From: a virus
Taxonomy: Duplodnaviria > Caudoviricetes
Length of the DNA stretch: 47,923 nucleotides
IMG/VR virus record: IMGVR_UViG_3300008255_000176
Span: 1-47,923 of that record
Direction: 5' to 3' (one strand)
Positions 44,183-47,923 of this stretch are shown one piece after another. The position numbers and the translations under genes are program-made. A model generated the notes under the pieces. That model worked only from the letters and a program-made list of their open reading frames with translations. It did not search any database and had not been told where the DNA came from. The number at the start of each line of letters is the position of its first letter. The stretch's first letter is position 1.

Positions 44183-45088
44183 TTAGTCGCAAAGACGCAG
44201 AAACTCAGCGCGAGTTTCCGGTTCGTCCTTGATGACGCCGCGAAGAGCGGTCGTTACAGTGTGGTGACCCTGCTGACAAATCCCTCGCGATTCCATGCAC
44301 AGGTGGCGAGCCTTAATCAGCACGCCAACGCCCTTCGGTTCGAGATGCTTGAACAGCGCGTCAGCGATCTGGTCGGTGAGTCGTTCCTGCACTTGCAAGC
44401 GGCGAGCGAACATATCAGCCAGCCGGGACAGCTTGCTCAGACCGACGATCTTGCCGTTCGGGATGTACGCGATGCTGGCGGTGCCGATGATAGCTGCGAG
44501 GTGATGTTCGCAGTGTGAATAGATGGGAATGTCTTTGACGAGAACCATCTGGTCATAAGTCTCGCCCCCGTCTTCGAACACCTTGAGCAGCTTGGCGGGA
44601 TCCTTGCCATACCCGCTGCACCAGTGGCGCCACGCTTTAACCACACGAGCCGGCGTCTCCTGGAGACCTTCGCGGTCAGCATTCTCGCCCACCAGTTGCA
44701 GCAAGCGAACGATAATGTCGTTGCCGCTTGCGTCCGCACCGTCGTCGGTGATTTCCCAAGGAAACACGATCCACTGATCCTTGAACTGTTCGTCGGTGCG
44801 CTTGTCCAGCAGCGCGAAGAACGGGACTCCCGGATGCTCGTCGCAGTAGCGTTCGCAAGTGGAACCGCTGTCGATCAGGTCGTCAATGAAGACGTCAGCT
44901 TCGGCGGGGTTCTCAACCAACACCATCGGGACCAAGTTGTTGAGAGCGTATGCGACGGGAACGCCCCCACGCGGCACAGGGTAGGCCCGCAGCACGCTGA
45001 TCGCTTGCTGGTTGGCATAGGTGTTGAGCGCGACCGCCAAACGGCCCACAAGGCCGCCTACTTGGTCGTGAGTGAGTTTCATTTGCAT
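44183..45088 (-). CDS. folE: Phosphoribosyltransferase-like domain fused to GTP cyclohydrolase I
   Basis: N-half VPRGG, VFIDDLIDSGST, WIVFPWE; C-half REGLQETPARV, CEHHL, GLSKLSR, RRLQVQERLT, HLCMESRG. Confidence 0.92.
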   Translation of the reverse strand: MQMKLTHDQVGGLVGRLAVALNTYANQQAISVLRAYPVPRGGVPVAYALNNLVPMVLVENPAEADVFIDDLIDSGSTCERYCDEHPGVPFFALLDKRTDEQFKDQWIVFPWEITDDGADASGNDIIVRLLQLVGENADREGLQETPARVVKAWRHWCSGYGKDPAKLLKVFEDGGETYDQMVLVKDIPIYSHCEHHLAAIIGTASIAYIPNGKIVGLSKLSRLADMFARRLQVQERLTDQIADALFKHLEPKGVGVLIKARHLCMESRGICQQGHHTVTTALRGVIKDEPETRAEFLRLCD

Positions 45089-45099
45089 GGGATGCTCCT

Positions 45100-45540
45100 T
45101 TAAGCGTGGAATGATGCGCTGCACTTGGCAGTCTCTTCGATACGGACAGACACCAGCGTCACACCAGTGCCAGCGAGTTGCTGCGGGCCAATTACTTCGA
45201 CCAAGTGCTGGGCCATGTTTTCGGCAGTCGGGTTGAACGGGACGAACACGACGGACGGGCCAAAGAACTCGTCCTCGCGCATGTGGTCGCACGCAAGCTG
45301 CATCACCGGATCGTGCTCCCATGCCAGGAACTTGTGATCCCAATGGTTCTCGACCCACATGCACAGCTTTTCTTTGATGACACCGAAGTCAATGACACGA
45401 CCAACGGTGTCCAGTTCCGCAGCTTCACAGACGAAGTGGATCCGGTAGTTGTGACCGTGAAGGTGTCGGCACTTGTTCTCGTGCCCGACGACGCGGTGCC
45501 CTGTGCTGATGTCGTGGTAGCGTTCTGCAGTTCGTTTCAT
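45100..45540 (-). CDS. queD: 6-carboxytetrahydropterin synthase
   Basis: GHR, CRHLHGHNY, VIDFG, WDHKFL, NPTAENMA, EET. Confidence 0.93.
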   Translation of the reverse strand: MKRTAERYHDISTGHRVVGHENKCRHLHGHNYRIHFVCEAAELDTVGRVIDFGVIKEKLCMWVENHWDHKFLAWEHDPVMQLACDHMREDEFFGPSVVFVPFNPTAENMAQHLVEVIGPQQLAGTGVTLVSVRIEETAKCSASFHA

Positions 45541-46913
45541 TGTTCGTCCTTGTAAGAAATGACTTCGGGAATGTTGTTAATCTCAAACGCCTTGCGTCTC
45601 ATGTAGCAGGGGCCACACGTTCCGCAGTGCAACTCACCGGCCCGGTAGCAACTCCAGGTCAAGTGCATGGGGGCGCCGATACGGTTTCCAAGTTCGACAA
45701 TCTCATGCTTCATAAGGTTGCCAACGGGCATAATAACCCGCATCCGCTTTCCGTCACCAACTGCGAAAGGCAGCATGTCATTGAAGCGGGAAATGAACTC
45801 GGGTTCGTTGTCAGGGTAGGCACCAGCTTCCTCAAGGTTGTTACCGAGAACGATGGTGTCAATTCCGCGTGCTTCTGCGAATGCAGTAGCAACAGACAGC
45901 AGCAGCAAGTTCCGGGCAGGAACCCATTCATGAGCGAACTCCGCACCAGCTTCCCCGCCTGCCACCTTGCTGTCAGGGTCAAGCAATGGGGAGTCACCCT
46001 TCGAATAGACGTTCAGCGGGAACAGGGTGAGCTCGGCGCCAAGGTATTCAGCGACCGCTTTGATGGCTTGCACTTCCGGACCTTCAGCCCTGCTACCGTA
46101 CAGGAAGTGAATCAGATGGACATCCATCCCGAGCTCACGCTGGGCATAGGTTGCGCTGACCACACTATCCAGGCCCCCGCTGCACACGACCAGCGCCCGC
46201 TCACCTTGCACCGTGTCACGATACAGGCTCACTTCATTGCGGAAGCCATGCGTGTCGAACAGTGCTGCGGTGTAGGGCTTCAACATGCGCGACGGATATT
46301 CCTGCGGCAGGTAATCCCGCGAGCTTGCAAAGAACACGCCATAGGGCGTCTCGATATACCAGACCGGGCGATAGTTCGCGGCGACGAACAGCTTGTCAGT
46401 GTGGCCACTGTGTGTCGCCAGGATCGCATAGCTGCCGCGGAGTCTGCCAATTACTTCCGCAAAGTCCTCCAGCGTGCCATGCACATTCGCGAGCTGCTCG
46501 GCGATCGCTGCGCTGTCAATACTGGTGGGCAGATCGTGCGTGCGAAGGCCCTTGTCGTTGGCAATCGTCCCGTTATGGGCAATCGACCAATTTCCGGAGG
46601 TGTAAGGCTGCTGATCTGACAGACGCTTCTCACGGACGAACTCGGTCGTCGGTTCAGCGCGAAGGTTGCCTACAACAGCAGCAGATCGGCAGACCTTGTG
46701 CAATGCAGGGGCACGCGCTGCACGACCGTGGCTTCGCGTGACTTCACGGTACGCCAGCAGCTCACTCTCGGCACTGGAGTTGATAACGAAACCCCGCCCG
46801 TCGCGTCCGCGCTCATGGCTGGTCTGCCAGATGTGCTCCAGGATGTCATTCACTGCCTGGATCTTTTGGTGCGTATCAATGCGCCGCACCAGTGCGCCAA
46901 CTATCGAACACAT
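45537..46913 (-). CDS. queC: Gat-QueC: class II glutamine amidotransferase fused to preQ0 synthase
   Basis: N-terminal M-C (Ntn nucleophile), RGRDG, QQP, AHNGTI, DS; then SGGLDS, VPARN, YPD, TWSCY...HCGTCGPC. Confidence 0.93.
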   Translation of the reverse strand: MCSIVGALVRRIDTHQKIQAVNDILEHIWQTSHERGRDGRGFVINSSAESELLAYREVTRSHGRAARAPALHKVCRSAAVVGNLRAEPTTEFVREKRLSDQQPYTSGNWSIAHNGTIANDKGLRTHDLPTSIDSAAIAEQLANVHGTLEDFAEVIGRLRGSYAILATHSGHTDKLFVAANYRPVWYIETPYGVFFASSRDYLPQEYPSRMLKPYTAALFDTHGFRNEVSLYRDTVQGERALVVCSGGLDSVVSATYAQRELGMDVHLIHFLYGSRAEGPEVQAIKAVAEYLGAELTLFPLNVYSKGDSPLLDPDSKVAGGEAGAEFAHEWVPARNLLLLSVATAFAEARGIDTIVLGNNLEEAGAYPDNEPEFISRFNDMLPFAVGDGKRMRVIMPVGNLMKHEIVELGNRIGAPMHLTWSCYRAGELHCGTCGPCYMRRKAFEINNIPEVISYKDEQ

Positions 46914-46915
46914 AA

Positions 46916-47635
46916 TCACTCCACGTCAATAATTTTATGGACTTGCAGTTGCAAGACGTAAGGGTGCAGCATCACCGAATTCACGCACGCTTGCAAGTTC
47001 GCCTGATTAACGACATCGTCCTTGTCGTCGCAGGGTTGCAGGTAGATGACGCCTTTGAATCCTTCGTGCGGTCGAGCGACCCGAGGTGACGCACTGTGGT
47101 CAAGCGCAAGCAAGGGAAGCCCGTCATCATCAACGCTGTCATGCGCCATCACGTATTTGTACGCACACGCGAGCGATGCGGTGATGGTATTGACGCGACC
47201 TGCTTTGGGACTGCACACAACGAAGCAACGGTTCCGCTCGTTAGTATCGAGCGAACACATTTCGGCGAAGCCTACGGTGGGCGGGGGAAGAGTTCCGTTC
47301 GTTTCAATCTGCACCGTGTAACCTTCTGCGAGGAGCAGCTCAACGAGCGGATGGATGTTCTGGCGGAAGGGTTCGCCTCCCGTGATGACCACAAGCGAAG
47401 GAGCCTCGCGCATCTCCTGCACGAATTGCAGCAGCGCGAACGGTGTGGAGTTCCAGCGATCGGTGGTGTAGTCGGTATCGCAGGCGGGGCATTGCAGATT
47501 GCAGCCAGCGAGTCGAATGAAGACAGCGGCATGTCCAGTGAATGGACCTTCGCCCTGGATGGTATTGAAGACGGAATGGACTTCGATGGTAGAACCGTCG
47601 CTCTCGCGACGCTTCTCAATGAGCTGGATGTTCAT
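46916..47635 (-). CDS. queE: 7-carboxy-7-deazaguanine synthase (radical SAM)
   Basis: TIQGEG, FIRLAGCNLQCPACDT, ITGGEP, IETNG, SPK, LQP, QVHK. Confidence 0.93.
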   Translation of the reverse strand: MNIQLIEKRRESDGSTIEVHSVFNTIQGEGPFTGHAAVFIRLAGCNLQCPACDTDYTTDRWNSTPFALLQFVQEMREAPSLVVITGGEPFRQNIHPLVELLLAEGYTVQIETNGTLPPPTVGFAEMCSLDTNERNRCFVVCSPKAGRVNTITASLACAYKYVMAHDSVDDDGLPLLALDHSASPRVARPHEGFKGVIYLQPCDDKDDVVNQANLQACVNSVMLHPYVLQLQVHKIIDVE

Positions 47636-47639
47636 GTTG

Positions 47640-47732
47640 TTCCCATAGGTTACAGGCCTGAGCCTGGGAGGTAAGGGGCCCACCCTGCATGGCACAGGGT
47701 GGGCGGTGCGGTATTGTACCGCGGAACCTTAC
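47640..47732 (-). promoter_or_regulatory. Structured leader upstream of queE (multi-stem junction)
   Basis: GTAAGG/CCTTAC closing stem around hairpins GCGGTA/TACCGC and GCCCACCCTG/CAGGGTGGGC. Confidence 0.5.
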
Positions 47733-47923
47733 TCGGCAGCAGCCGGAAGGGTAATGCGACCGCTCAAACCGTGGAACTTCTTCCAGCGAGCATATTCGGT
47801 GCGGATGTTGCTCGGGTTGAGACCGGCAGCGACACCAGCTTCCAGCAGGTTGGCGATCGGTACAGCTTGGCCCAGCTCTTGGGACAGGCGGTCAGCCAGG
47901 CCCCACACTTGGCCGCACAGACC
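47729..47923 (-). CDS. 3' part of a paralogue-domain protein (GLCGQVWGLADRLSQELG...NIRTEYARWKKFHGLSGR...), runs in from the window end
   Basis: Hand translation gives 64 codons plus TAA; clear similarity to C-terminus of 992..1597. Confidence 0.8.
   Translation of the reverse strand, partial: GLCGQVWGLADRLSQELGQAVPIANLLEAGVAAGLNPSNIRTEYARWKKFHGLSGRITLPAAAE

Noticed and set aside
47640-47732. tRNA or canonical preQ1 riboswitch
   Set aside because: No T-loop/D-loop consensus or CCA; lacks the A-rich 3' tail of preQ1-I; kept only as an unclassified structure

Overview
The window is a near-complete (~48 kb) genome of a tailed dsDNA phage with a contractile (myovirus-type) tail. It is probably virulent, since no integrase or CI-type repressor is recognisable, and its host is probably a Proteobacterium. 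The two ends appear to fall inside the same gene. The minus strand (39.0 kb to the end, continuing at 1-13.6 kb) carries a complete 7-deazaguanine DNA-modification cluster (queE, gat-queC, queD, a phosphoribosyltransferase-folE fusion, dpdA). It also carries a beta-clamp-like gene, a family-B-like DNA polymerase, primase-helicase, MazG, ThyX, ATP-dependent ligase, Sak4-like ATPase, SSB, dCMP deaminase, Cas4-like nuclease, an SF2 helicase and two HNH endonucleases. An AT-rich divergent-promoter/origin-like gap lies at 13.65-14.2 kb. The plus strand (14.2-39.0 kb) carries denV, a SleB-like hydrolase, a resolvase, terminase, head, neck, sheath/tube, tape measure, baseplate, tailspike and lysis genes. 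The most notable points are the PRTase-FolE fusion, the dpdA-clamp-polymerase unit (possible replication-coupled archaeosine insertion), a structured leader before queE, three paralogous putative DNA-binding proteins upstream of the que operon, and a helicase ending in a bacterial SSB C-terminal motif. All product calls come from motif recognition and synteny by eye; no database searches were run.
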